A DNA stretch of 64,000 nt from a virus. Lineage: Duplodnaviria; Caudoviricetes. Shown here piece by piece: positions 49,618-59,379 of the stretch; position 1 is the stretch's first letter; each line of letters starts with the position of its first letter. Where the stretch lies: the IMG/VR virus record IMGVR_UViG_3300044655_001017. One strand, given 5' to 3'. The notes beneath the pieces were generated by a model. The model worked only from the letters and a program-made list of their open reading frames with translations, did no database searches and had not been told where the DNA came from. Position numbers and translations under genes: made by a program.

Positions 49618-50175
49618 ATGGCAACAGTTACAAGAATAAACGGTTCACTTGCAAAAACAGGAACCCTTTATAACACAAATGCAAACGCATATTTAATTAC
49701 AGTAAAAATTGCAGGCGGTACTGTAATCGATTTACAAGCTGAAGATAGTTATATTGATGCATCAACCCAAATGGCCGATGGCATATACGAAGCTATTATT
49801 AAAGAGATTAACCCATTAGCATATTATGCACCTGCTGCATCAACTGGGTTAATTCATGTAATCATGGATAAATCAATTAACGATGCTACTGAATTGCAAA
49901 CACGTATTCGTAGAGTGTTAGGCGACCGTGATATTACTGGTACAACTAACGCAACTGTTACGTTAACCACTACAGCTGCAATTGCTACTATGGTAGGTGC
50001 AAGAGTTTACGGTCCGGGAATTGTTGGTGGTACTACAGTAGCGTCAGTTAGTGCCGGCACTAGCATTACACTTTCTACTGCTGCAATTAGTTCAGTAACA
50101 GGCGGAACTTTTACTATTGCATTTGATTTAACTGGAACTACAGTTACATTGGCTACAACACTCACAATCGCTTAA
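49618..50175 (+). CDS. putative virion structural protein
   Basis: Thr/Ala/Gly-rich; late promoter, SD and terminator. Confidence 0.55.
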   Translation: MATVTRINGSLAKTGTLYNTNANAYLITVKIAGGTVIDLQAEDSYIDASTQMADGIYEAIIKEINPLAYYAPAASTGLIHVIMDKSINDATELQTRIRRVLGDRDITGTTNATVTLTTTAAIATMVGARVYGPGIVGGTTVASVSAGTSITLSTAAISSVTGGTFTIAFDLTGTTVTLATTLTIA

Positions 50176-50181
50176 TTAACT

Positions 50182-50209
50182 AGCCCTAGTAAAAAACTAG
50201 GGCTTTTTT
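50182..50209 (+). terminator. intrinsic terminator
   Basis: AGCCCTAGT-AAAAA-ACTAGGGCT-TTTTT. Confidence 0.9.
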
Positions 50210-50251
50210 ATGACTAAAATATCATAAATATAGAATAAGAGGATATTTTAC

Positions 50252-51814
50252 ATGGCAGTTTATCAAATTTCAAAAATTCAAATACGTAGAGGAAAGTCTA
50301 GAACTGGGCCTGGATTCCCGCAATTAGCATCGGGTGAATTAGGTTGGTCGCTTGATACTCAGGAACTGTACATCGGTAATGGATCAATATCAGAAGGTGC
50401 CCCAATTGTTGGAAATACTAAGATCTTAACCTCTAAAGATATTATTGGGGGTGGTTCTGGGTTAGTTAATAGCATAGAGCATATTTATAAATCACAAACT
50501 GGTAATATCGTTACCGGGCCTACTCCTGTAGTACGAAAACTGCAAGCATTACTTGATGACAATGTATATGTTACTAGTTTTGGTGCAGTTGGTGACGGTG
50601 TAATTGACGATTTATTTGCAATGCAACGGTCAGTTAATCAACTATTTGCAAACGTAAATGGTAGATCGTATATGGACGACGGTACTGGTACTGCACAACG
50701 TGCTACCCTTAAAATACCACCTGGTATTTTTGTTATTTCAGATACATTAATATTACCAAGTTATACAACGATAGTTGGTGCAGGCATTGATAAATCGTTT
50801 ATTTACTATACTGGAACTAATTCTGCATTAAAATTTGTAGCTGATGTCGAATCGCCATACGACGTTACTAGACCACGTTATATAAATGTATCAGGAGTTA
50901 CTATAAGACAAGCAAGTGAAAATATTGCAACTATTGGTTTAGAGATTAATAACCTTAGCAATTCATCATTCCGCGATGTTAAACTAGTAGGTAACTGGAC
51001 GCTTGGCACATCATTAGATAACAAAGGCATTAGCATTACTAATACTGAAAATGTTATATTTAACAATGTAATTATTACTAATTTCTACTACGGTTTGTAC
51101 ATTGGAGATGCAGTTACTAACATTGAATATAATACAGGATCTATATCAAACACTACATATGGCGTTGCATTAGGTACCGATTTAACTATTGCAGATTTAG
51201 GTGCATCAAATGTTCATCTTTCAAATTTAAAATTCGAGAATATTAATGCTAATGGATTTGTAAGCAATATCGGATCGTCAAACTCTGTTACTAACTGTAC
51301 ACTAATAAATGTTGGCGGGAGTAACGATACTGCTCCTACTTATCCACAAATATTCTTTACATCTGCAAATTCTTCTTGTTCTAATATTAGATCTGATAGA
51401 GTTGCGTTATTAGCACCATCGTCGTTGTTGCCTAGATATGTTCCGGAAGTATCAGGAGTTGGTACATACACTAGCTCTACATATACTGCTGATTTATTGT
51501 TTACTGTACTAAGCTCAGATATTTTAAGATTACCGTTGCGAACAGCAGTTAACGGTTTAATACAAGGGTCAATTTCATATGAAATTAACTATGCATTTAG
51601 CGGGTTATTTACTAGACAAGGTATAATATCAATTACTGCTAATGCTCCTGCTATCGTATCATCTGAAGAATTTACGTGTGATGCTACAAGTGCTGACGGA
51701 ATAAAGTTAGATTTTACAGTAGCAATTGAAAGTAATTCAATTGTTATTTCATACACAAACAGTTTAGCTGACAATGTCGGTATGTTAACTTACTCATATA
51801 CATCTAAATTTTAA
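50252..51814 (+). CDS. tail spike/fibre with Mtd_N-like N-terminus and pectate-lyase-like beta helix
   Basis: KIQIRRG...PQLASGELGWSLDTQELYIGNG; FGAVGDGVIDD; Asn/Ile-rich beta-helix repeats. Confidence 0.75.
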   Translation: MAVYQISKIQIRRGKSRTGPGFPQLASGELGWSLDTQELYIGNGSISEGAPIVGNTKILTSKDIIGGGSGLVNSIEHIYKSQTGNIVTGPTPVVRKLQALLDDNVYVTSFGAVGDGVIDDLFAMQRSVNQLFANVNGRSYMDDGTGTAQRATLKIPPGIFVISDTLILPSYTTIVGAGIDKSFIYYTGTNSALKFVADVESPYDVTRPRYINVSGVTIRQASENIATIGLEINNLSNSSFRDVKLVGNWTLGTSLDNKGISITNTENVIFNNVIITNFYYGLYIGDAVTNIEYNTGSISNTTYGVALGTDLTIADLGASNVHLSNLKFENINANGFVSNIGSSNSVTNCTLINVGGSNDTAPTYPQIFFTSANSSCSNIRSDRVALLAPSSLLPRYVPEVSGVGTYTSSTYTADLLFTVLSSDILRLPLRTAVNGLIQGSISYEINYAFSGLFTRQGIISITANAPAIVSSEEFTCDATSADGIKLDFTVAIESNSIVISYTNSLADNVGMLTYSYTSKF

Positions 51815-51991
51815 CCATAACTGTAGACTTATCAGGAAAAAGAACGTATAATTACGTTAAATGATAAGAGATAAGTCTACTTTTTTACACCTTATATCTC
51901 ATTGTTTTATATAGTATTTCTTTTCAATCTAATTCTATTTTTAGAGAATAGTCTGCCAAATAAATACTAACCTAACCAGAAGTGAAATTAT

Positions 51992-54307
51992 ATGAATAAA
52001 ATAACAGTAACAAAAAGAAATGGCACTCAAGTAGAGCTTACGATTGATAAATGGCAGGCACAAATTGCAAAGATTTGTAGCGGAATTGCCGATGTAAGTC
52101 AGTCTATGATTGAAATTAAAAGTCAGCCACAATTTTACGATAATATTACTACATCCGAAATTGACGAAATTACACTACGGGCAATCGTTAACTTAATTGA
52201 TGTTGATGCTAACCCAGATGTAGGTCATACTAATTACCAATACGTTGCAGGCAAACAACGGTTGTCTATGCTACGTAAAGATGTATACGGCCAATACGAG
52301 CCGCCACATCTATATACAATAGTTCAAAAGAACATTGAAGTTGGTCTATACACTCCAGAATTACTAGAATGGTATACTGTAGACGAATGGACCAAAATGA
52401 ATGACATGCTTGATCATTCAAAAGACGAAACTTATTCATTTGCTGCTATTGAGCAGTTAATTGAAAAATACTTAGTACGTAATCGTTCTACTAAAGACAT
52501 TTACGAAACACCACAGATTAGATATATGATTGCAGCTGCAACTGTGTTCCATAGGGAAGAACCAACTGCAGCTAGAATGAAATTTATAAAGGAATATTAC
52601 AATGCGGCGTCTGATGGTTTATTTACTCTTGCTACTCCTGTTCTTGCTGGGCTCGGAACTCCAACTAAACAATTTAGCAGCTGTGTTCTCATACGCAGTG
52701 ATGACGATTTGGATTCTATATTTGCTAGTGGCGAGATGATGGCAAAATATGCTAGCAAACGCGCTGGCATAGGTTTAGAAATTGGACGTGTACGCGCATT
52801 AGGAAGTCCTATACGCGGTGGTGAAATTATGCACACAGGTATGATTCCATTTTTAAAGAAATGGTTTGGTGACTTACGTTGCTGTTCACAAGGTGGAATT
52901 AGAAATGCTAGTGCTACTGTGACATATCCAATTTGGCATTATCAGTTTGATGACTTAATTGTACTTAAGAACAATCAAGGCACAGACGAAACACGGGTAC
53001 GCCATTTAGACTACAGTGTAGTATTAAGTGCATTCTTTTGGCGTAGATTTAAAAACAAAGAAAACATAACATTTTTTGATCCTAATGAAGTACCAGACTT
53101 ATACGAAGCGTTTTACACTGATACAGCTCTCTTTGAAAAACTGTACCTACAGTATGAAAAAAATACAGGAGTTCGGAAGAAGACCATGTCTGCGGAAGAA
53201 GTATTCAAAGGAGGACTCCTAAAAGAACGAACTGACACCGGGCGCATCTACTTAGTCTTCATTGATAACGTAATTAAGCAAGGACCATTTGATCCGTTAT
53301 GGCATACAATTTATCAAAGTAATTTATGTCAAGAGATTTTACTTCCAACTAAAGCATTTAAGCGTTTAGATGATCCAGCTGGACGAATTGCATTATGTAC
53401 ACTAGGTAGTATCAATTGGGGAGCGTTCCGTAACCCAGAAGATATGCGTAGAGCTTGCCGTATCTTACATCGTAGTTTAAACAACATACTAGACTACCAA
53501 GATTTCTTATCTGTACACAGTAGTGAAAGTAATCAAGAAATACGTCCATTAGGTATTGGTGTTACTAACTTAGCATATTGGCATGCAAAACGCAACTTTA
53601 AATACGGCGATGCAGATGCATTAACTGAAGTTAAAAGTTGGATGGAACATCAAACATTTTTCTTAACAGAAATGTCAGTTGAATTAGCTAAAGAACGTGG
53701 TGCATGTAGAGACAGTGCCAAAACACGGTACGGACAAGGTATCTTTCCATGGGAATTACGTGCAGACGGAGTTAATGAATTAACTGACTTTACTCCGGAA
53801 CTTGATTGGGAACCATTGCGTTCTGATATGAAAGAGTACGGTGTACGTAATGCTACAGTAGGTGCTATTGCTCCAGTTGAAAGTTCTAGTGTAGTGATTA
53901 ACTCAACTAACGGCATTGCAATGCCAATGCATTTAATACAAACTAAAGAATCAAAATCAGGTTCACTTACACAAGTAGTTCCGGAATATCATAAGTTGAA
54001 AAACAAATATCAGCTTATGTGGGATCAAACTGATTGCGTAGGTTATTTAAAAACTGCTGCAGTATTAGCTGCATACATTGATCAATCTATTAGTACTGAT
54101 ACTTTTTACAACCCTGCACACTTTGAAGGTAGAAAAGTACCAACTACACTAATTGCTAAAAACTTAATGTTAGGACTTAAATGGGGGATCAAAACCTTTT
54201 ATTACAGCCTAGTGAATAAACAAGGTAGTAAAGAAGAAGCTGAAGTTGATTTACCTAGTGCAATTATTGAGGACGATGAAGAAGGTTGTGAATCTTGTAA
54301 GTTGTAG
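51992..54307 (+). CDS. nrdA: ribonucleotide reductase class Ia alpha subunit with ATP cone
   Basis: ITVTKRNG ATP cone, TKQFSSC, QSNLCQEI, CTLGSIN, APVESSS, KTFYY, C-terminal CESC. Confidence 0.98.
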   Translation: MNKITVTKRNGTQVELTIDKWQAQIAKICSGIADVSQSMIEIKSQPQFYDNITTSEIDEITLRAIVNLIDVDANPDVGHTNYQYVAGKQRLSMLRKDVYGQYEPPHLYTIVQKNIEVGLYTPELLEWYTVDEWTKMNDMLDHSKDETYSFAAIEQLIEKYLVRNRSTKDIYETPQIRYMIAAATVFHREEPTAARMKFIKEYYNAASDGLFTLATPVLAGLGTPTKQFSSCVLIRSDDDLDSIFASGEMMAKYASKRAGIGLEIGRVRALGSPIRGGEIMHTGMIPFLKKWFGDLRCCSQGGIRNASATVTYPIWHYQFDDLIVLKNNQGTDETRVRHLDYSVVLSAFFWRRFKNKENITFFDPNEVPDLYEAFYTDTALFEKLYLQYEKNTGVRKKTMSAEEVFKGGLLKERTDTGRIYLVFIDNVIKQGPFDPLWHTIYQSNLCQEILLPTKAFKRLDDPAGRIALCTLGSINWGAFRNPEDMRRACRILHRSLNNILDYQDFLSVHSSESNQEIRPLGIGVTNLAYWHAKRNFKYGDADALTEVKSWMEHQTFFLTEMSVELAKERGACRDSAKTRYGQGIFPWELRADGVNELTDFTPELDWEPLRSDMKEYGVRNATVGAIAPVESSSVVINSTNGIAMPMHLIQTKESKSGSLTQVVPEYHKLKNKYQLMWDQTDCVGYLKTAAVLAAYIDQSISTDTFYNPAHFEGRKVPTTLIAKNLMLGLKWGIKTFYYSLVNKQGSKEEAEVDLPSAIIEDDEEGCESCKL

Positions 54308-54362
54308 CCTGTAAATTATAAGTTTTCTGTAAACTATAATAAATAAGTGTACAGGAGATTAT

Positions 54363-55061
54363 ATGAATTATCAAAAAATATACAATGATATAATAATTAG
54401 GGGACAAACTAGATTGTTAGAGGGATACAAAGAAAAACATCATATTATTCCAAGATGTATGGGAGGAACTGATGATACAAATAACTTAGTATTCCTAACT
54501 CCAGAAGAGCATTATTTGTGCCATCTGTTGTTAGTTAAAATATATCCTAAAAATATTAGATTAGTTAAGGCTGCTATATTTATGGCATCGTCAAACAGCA
54601 ATCATCAACGCAATAATAAAGCATACGGGTGGTTAAAACGACAATTTTCCGATTATATGCGCGGCCCTAACAATCCACAAAAACTAAACCCTATTAAAGG
54701 AGAACAGCATTATGCATTTGGAAAACCTCTTTCTCCTAACCATTTTACAAAAGAAGGTAAAAAAGTGTTATCAGATAAAATGATAGGAGAACATAATCCG
54801 TGTGCCGGAATTAAACCGTGGAAACATCCAAGAACAACCGATGTTACACTAGCACTATGGAAAAGAGCTGATGCAATTTATGATACATGGGTAGCACATA
54901 ATATGCCATCTTACTGTAAACTATTTGGATTAGTCATGGACAAGAAGTATGATTGGCAAAATAAGAATCACGGTAAGGAAATAGGTCCATTTATGAATAT
55001 GGTAAAATATTTTAGGAATGGTTGGATACCTACTCAAGATATAGAATGGAATAAATTATGA
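54363..55061 (+). CDS. HNH homing endonuclease (mobE-like position after nrdA)
   Basis: EKHHIIPRCMGGTDDTNNLVFLTPEEHYLCH. Confidence 0.9.
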   Translation: MNYQKIYNDIIIRGQTRLLEGYKEKHHIIPRCMGGTDDTNNLVFLTPEEHYLCHLLLVKIYPKNIRLVKAAIFMASSNSNHQRNNKAYGWLKRQFSDYMRGPNNPQKLNPIKGEQHYAFGKPLSPNHFTKEGKKVLSDKMIGEHNPCAGIKPWKHPRTTDVTLALWKRADAIYDTWVAHNMPSYCKLFGLVMDKKYDWQNKNHGKEIGPFMNMVKYFRNGWIPTQDIEWNKL

Positions 55062-55609
55062 GCTATAGTTTCATTAAACAATTTATTACTGAAGGTAAGC
55101 CAGCATCTTTAAAAATAGATGCGTTACCGTACAGTATGGACGATTTAAGCCCTGCTATCTCAAAAGCAACATTAGAATATCATTACGAACATCTTGCTAA
55201 AACATACGCAAAGCGTTATAATGCAGGAGAAGGTGATCCTGTGTTTAACGAAGCAGGCGTATTTTTACACAACATCTTATTCCAACAGTATCAAGAGTCA
55301 ACTGGCAACCTAAACAAGCCAGTTGGCAACGTGTTAGAGTTAATTGAAACACATTATAAAACTTTTGATAAGTTTAAAGAAGAGTTTTTAAAAGTAGCAA
55401 TGGGCATACAAGGCAGTGGTTGGGTTTATCTTGCTAAAAATGGTAAGATTAAAACAATAACTAATCATGCTATTAAAAAAGACATTGTACTGTTAGTTGA
55501 CTGGTGGGAACATGCATGGGCGTTAGACTATCAATCAGATAAGAAAAAGTATTTAGAAAACCAATGGAAAATAATAAACTGGAACTACATAAATGAAACA
55601 GTTAGTTAA
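55058..55609 (+). CDS. Fe/Mn superoxide dismutase
   Basis: LPY...L.PAIS.ATLEYH, FLHNILF, IQGSGWVYL, DWWEHAW. Confidence 0.9.
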   Translation: MSYSFIKQFITEGKPASLKIDALPYSMDDLSPAISKATLEYHYEHLAKTYAKRYNAGEGDPVFNEAGVFLHNILFQQYQESTGNLNKPVGNVLELIETHYKTFDKFKEEFLKVAMGIQGSGWVYLAKNGKIKTITNHAIKKDIVLLVDWWEHAWALDYQSDKKKYLENQWKIINWNYINETVS

Positions 55610-55759
55610 TTTACACGCAATAGAAAACGGAGGCCTTCCGTATTATAAGTGGAAGGCTGCTTATTTAACAAGACACGCAGTTAAGCACATTCAAACGCAA
55701 TCTGAAATGATTCTAATTGCAGTATGCTTACTGTTGGTATCATTAGGGATACTTAAAAA

Positions 55760-56551
55760 ATGAAAAAAACAATTATAATTAGTTTTGTACTATCGATGGT
55801 ATTATTAGCAACGTATGTAATGTACGATTATTATACTCCTATTACACAAATACAATCAATTAATAACAGTAGTTTAGTAGATGAAGCAAAAGTTAGTGGT
55901 ACTCGAGAGCCTGCAAATGTGTTAGAAGACGGGGCTACTCCGCCTAGCGATAATAATAGAGTTGAAATTAAATTACCATTTATGATAGCCGAGGTAGCAT
56001 TTAACGAGGATATTCCTTGGGAAACTGTTGCAAAGTTACTAACAATTTTACTTGGCACAGTGTTGGGTGTTAAACTTATTAACAAATATATTGATTAGGA
56101 TATATAATGGACAAAAAATTAGTAATATCAATGAGGCATAATTTAAAAGTTGAATTACCACTTAAACACGATGTTAACACTAACGAATGGGTAATGCGTC
56201 TTCCAGAAGAAACATTAACTGACATAACTAAGTATCTTGAAAGTGCGTGGTATGCACTAGACGAAAAAAGCACAATAAGGATTGTAAACAATGAATGAAC
56301 TTGTAACAAGAGAAGTAACAAATGACGAATTGTTAGATGAAAGACTTAAAGAAAAATTAAAATTTTGGGGTGTACCTGACAATTTTATAATTGAAGACGA
56401 AGCTAAAGGTCCTATACTTGCTGCATTATCTGAGGATGATGTATTAAGTGTTTACATTGATAAAGAAAATGGGTTATGCATAAACTACTCAGGTGACGGA
56501 TTTGACGGATTCGACGGACATCATGATTTTATACCTAACGTATCGGTGTAG
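55760..56551 (+). other. small hypothetical genes (55760-56098 two-TM protein, 56107-56298, 56291-56551)
   Basis: Coupled ORFs between sod and nrdB. Confidence 0.6.
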
Positions 56552-56553
56552 CT

Positions 56554-57648
56554 ATGAGTGAAGAACAATATAATTTAGGTGAACACACTAACTACTTGTC
56601 TAGAAAGTTATTTCTAGACGGTACCGTTACAATTCAACGATTTGAAGAAGTACGGTATCCGCGTATTCAAAAATATGAAGCTACTGCTAGAGGTTTCTTT
56701 TGGACACCAGAAGAAATATCATTAAGTAAAGATGCTAACGATTTTAAAGATGCGAGTGATGCAGTTAAGCATATATTCACTAGTAACTTACTAAGACAAA
56801 CTGCATTAGATAGTTTGCAAGGCCGCGGACCTACACAAGTGTTTACACCTGTAGTAAGTGTACCTGAAGCAGAACTGCTAATGCTTAACTGGGGCTTCTA
56901 TGAGTCAAATATTCATAGTCGCAGTTATAGCCATATTATTCGTAATATCTATAACATTCCAAAAGAGATATTTAACACTATACATGATACTAAAGAAATT
57001 GTTGACATGGCAAGTAGTGTTGGCAAATACTACAATAGATTGCATAAACTTAACTGTCAAAAAGAACTTGGTATTGAAGTTCTTGAAAGAGACCACATTA
57101 AAGCTATTTGGCTTGCACTACACGCAAGTTATGCATTAGAAGCATTCCGATTTATGGTATCATTTGCTACTAGTTTAGCAATGGTCGAAAACAGGCTGTT
57201 TATTGGTAACGGTAATATTATTGCATTAATTTTACAAGACGAGCTGTTACACAAAGAGTGGACTGCTTATATGATCAATTTGGTAATAAAAGATGATCCG
57301 CGTTTTACCGAAATTAAAGCAGAGTGCGAAGAAATAGTGTATAATATGTACTTAGATGTGATTAGAGAAGAAAAAGAATGGGCAGATTACTTATTCTTAA
57401 AAGGTCCAGTAATTGGACTTAATGCTAACATCTTAAAAGAATTTGTTGACTATACTGCAGTACACGCTTTAAAAGAAGTTGGTATTAAGTATCGCGAAAC
57501 AGCTCCTAAATCAACACCTATACCGTGGTTTAACAAACATTCCGACCCGAGTAAAAAGCAAACTGCTTTACAAGAATCTGAAAGTGTTAACTACGTTATT
57601 GGCGTTATGAGTGACGAATTAGATTATGACGAATTACCAACATTGTAA
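56554..57648 (+). CDS. nrdB: ribonucleotide reductase class Ia beta subunit
   Basis: FFWTPEEI, QTALDSLQGR, ESNIHSRSY, LEAFRF, DELLH, QESESVNY. Confidence 0.97.
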   Translation: MSEEQYNLGEHTNYLSRKLFLDGTVTIQRFEEVRYPRIQKYEATARGFFWTPEEISLSKDANDFKDASDAVKHIFTSNLLRQTALDSLQGRGPTQVFTPVVSVPEAELLMLNWGFYESNIHSRSYSHIIRNIYNIPKEIFNTIHDTKEIVDMASSVGKYYNRLHKLNCQKELGIEVLERDHIKAIWLALHASYALEAFRFMVSFATSLAMVENRLFIGNGNIIALILQDELLHKEWTAYMINLVIKDDPRFTEIKAECEEIVYNMYLDVIREEKEWADYLFLKGPVIGLNANILKEFVDYTAVHALKEVGIKYRETAPKSTPIPWFNKHSDPSKKQTALQESESVNYVIGVMSDELDYDELPTL

Positions 57649-57928
57649 CGACATTTGTGCATGCATGGGACCGCAGGGCGATGATCCTGTATGTCCATGC
57701 GAAATGCTTAGAGAAGGAAAACAACCATCATATGAATTATGGACTAAGACAGACGTAGAGGCTATGAACAATGCGGTCGGACAGATATTTAAAAAAATCT
57801 CGCAAGGGTAACGGCGCTGCAGGAAATGCAAATCAAGCAATAGCACTAAATTCACCAGCGAGAGTAAAAGCTATGATGGCCAATATAGCAAAAATTGATT
57901 GGTCAAACCCGTACAAGGATTTTATTAA

Positions 57929-58171
57929 ATGACAGCAATTATATGGTCAAAGGACCAGTGCAGTTACTGTGTGCAAGCTAAGAGCTTGTTACAAATGAAA
58001 AACATCAACTTTGAAGAACGAAACATTTCAAATGGTGGATGGACTAAAGAACAACTATTAGAAGAAGTACCAACAGCAAGAACACTACCACAGATTCAAA
58101 TTGATGGCAATTACATTGGTGGTTTTTCAGAATTACAACAATACTTAAAGGCAAATTATGATTATAGATAA
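57929..58171 (+). CDS. glutaredoxin
   Basis: CSYC redox motif, TLPQI, IGGFSEL. Confidence 0.93.
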   Translation: MTAIIWSKDQCSYCVQAKSLLQMKNINFEERNISNGGWTKEQLLEEVPTARTLPQIQIDGNYIGGFSELQQYLKANYDYR

Positions 58172-58962
58172 AGGCGTATCACCAGGCGAAGTAGTAACTC
58201 TTAAATTAACTTCAGGTGAAGAACTTATTGCATCGCTAGTTGAAGAAACAGAAAAATACATTAAAGTTTCAAAACCACGTGTATTAACAGCAGCACAAGG
58301 CGGTATTGGAATGGCTCCTTACTTGTTTACAGTTGACCCAGATAAAACAATTAAAATTGCAGCATCAACTGTAGTAGTATTAGAAGCAACCGAGAGAGAA
58401 TCAGCTAAATCATATACAGAAGCGACTTCTAGTCTTATTGTATTATAAATACAGTATGAGCATATCTCCTAATAATTTTGAGTTTGTATACGACGGGTTT
58501 GATTTTTCAGTGTTTGCTACGTGTGGAGAGAACGAAGTTGTACTTTCTGCAGAGACTTCATTACCAAATATTGGTGTTAGTTTATCATGGTCAGGTCGCA
58601 CGTTTACTGTATCAGGAACGTTTTATAAAGTATTTGCAGAATCTACATGGTCATACATACCTGTTGGAAGTACTAGTACTACTTCAGTAACTACAAATAA
58701 CATTGGAACTATAACGGAAGTACCGTCAACTATCTCAGCATTAATTAGTGGAACACATGATCCTAGAATTGAAATACCAATTACATATACAGTTAGTACA
58801 AAGAAAACTATAACAATTGATGTTCCTGGTACAGAAGAAAGTCCTGGATACTCATATGATGAATACGAGTACCATACACACGTAATTGATCATAAAGTAT
58901 GTAATCATTGGGATGTATTTAAAAACCAATTAACAGATGTTGTATCAAGAGGAACATTATAA
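58158..58962 (+). other. two hypothetical genes (58158-58448 Sm-like fold candidate; 58438-58962)
   Basis: VVTLKLTSGEELIA start typical of T4-like phage Sm-like proteins; TATAAATA before the second. Confidence 0.55.
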
Positions 58963-59252
58963 TGCCACCAGTATCAAGATTAGGTGATAAATGTACAGGA
59001 CACGCTGGCTGGCCTGCAAGACCAAACGACGAAGCCAGTCCTGATGTATTTGCAAATAATATCAAAGTGCATCGGCAAGGTGATCATTGGATAATACACT
59101 GTGATCCATCTCCGTCATGTCATGATTCAACATTAGCTGCAGGTAGCGGAACTGTATTTGTAAATAATAAACAGTGTAGTAGGATAGGAGATCCAGTAGC
59201 ATGCGGATCTAAAATTGCACAAGGCAGCGGAAACGTATTTGCAGGTGGATAA
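58962..59252 (+). CDS. PAAR spike-tip protein (T4 gp5.4-like)
   Basis: SRLGDKCTGH, VHRQGD, SRIGDPVACG...GSGNVFAG. Confidence 0.93.
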   Translation: MPPVSRLGDKCTGHAGWPARPNDEASPDVFANNIKVHRQGDHWIIHCDPSPSCHDSTLAAGSGTVFVNNKQCSRIGDPVACGSKIAQGSGNVFAGG

Positions 59253-59267
59253 AAGGAGGTAATAGAT

Positions 59268-59342
59268 ATGAAATGGGAAACACCAACATATGTTGATTTA
59301 CGTTTTGGCTTTGAAGTCACTATGTATATTTACAATCGTTAA
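59268..59342 (+). CDS. pqqA: PQQ precursor peptide PqqA (24 aa), not in ORF track
   Basis: MKWETPTYVDLRFGFEVTMYIYNR with the conserved E-V-T-M-Y (ExxxY) core; AGGAGGT SD at 59254-59260; terminator directly after. Confidence 0.92.
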   Translation: MKWETPTYVDLRFGFEVTMYIYNR

Positions 59343-59368
59343 GAAAAGGGCTTTTTAGCCCTTTTCTT
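59341..59368. terminator. bidirectional intrinsic terminator
   Basis: AAGAAAAGGGCT-TTTT-AGCCCTTTTCTT between convergent genes. Confidence 0.9.
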
Positions 59369-59379
59369 ATGAGTACGTA

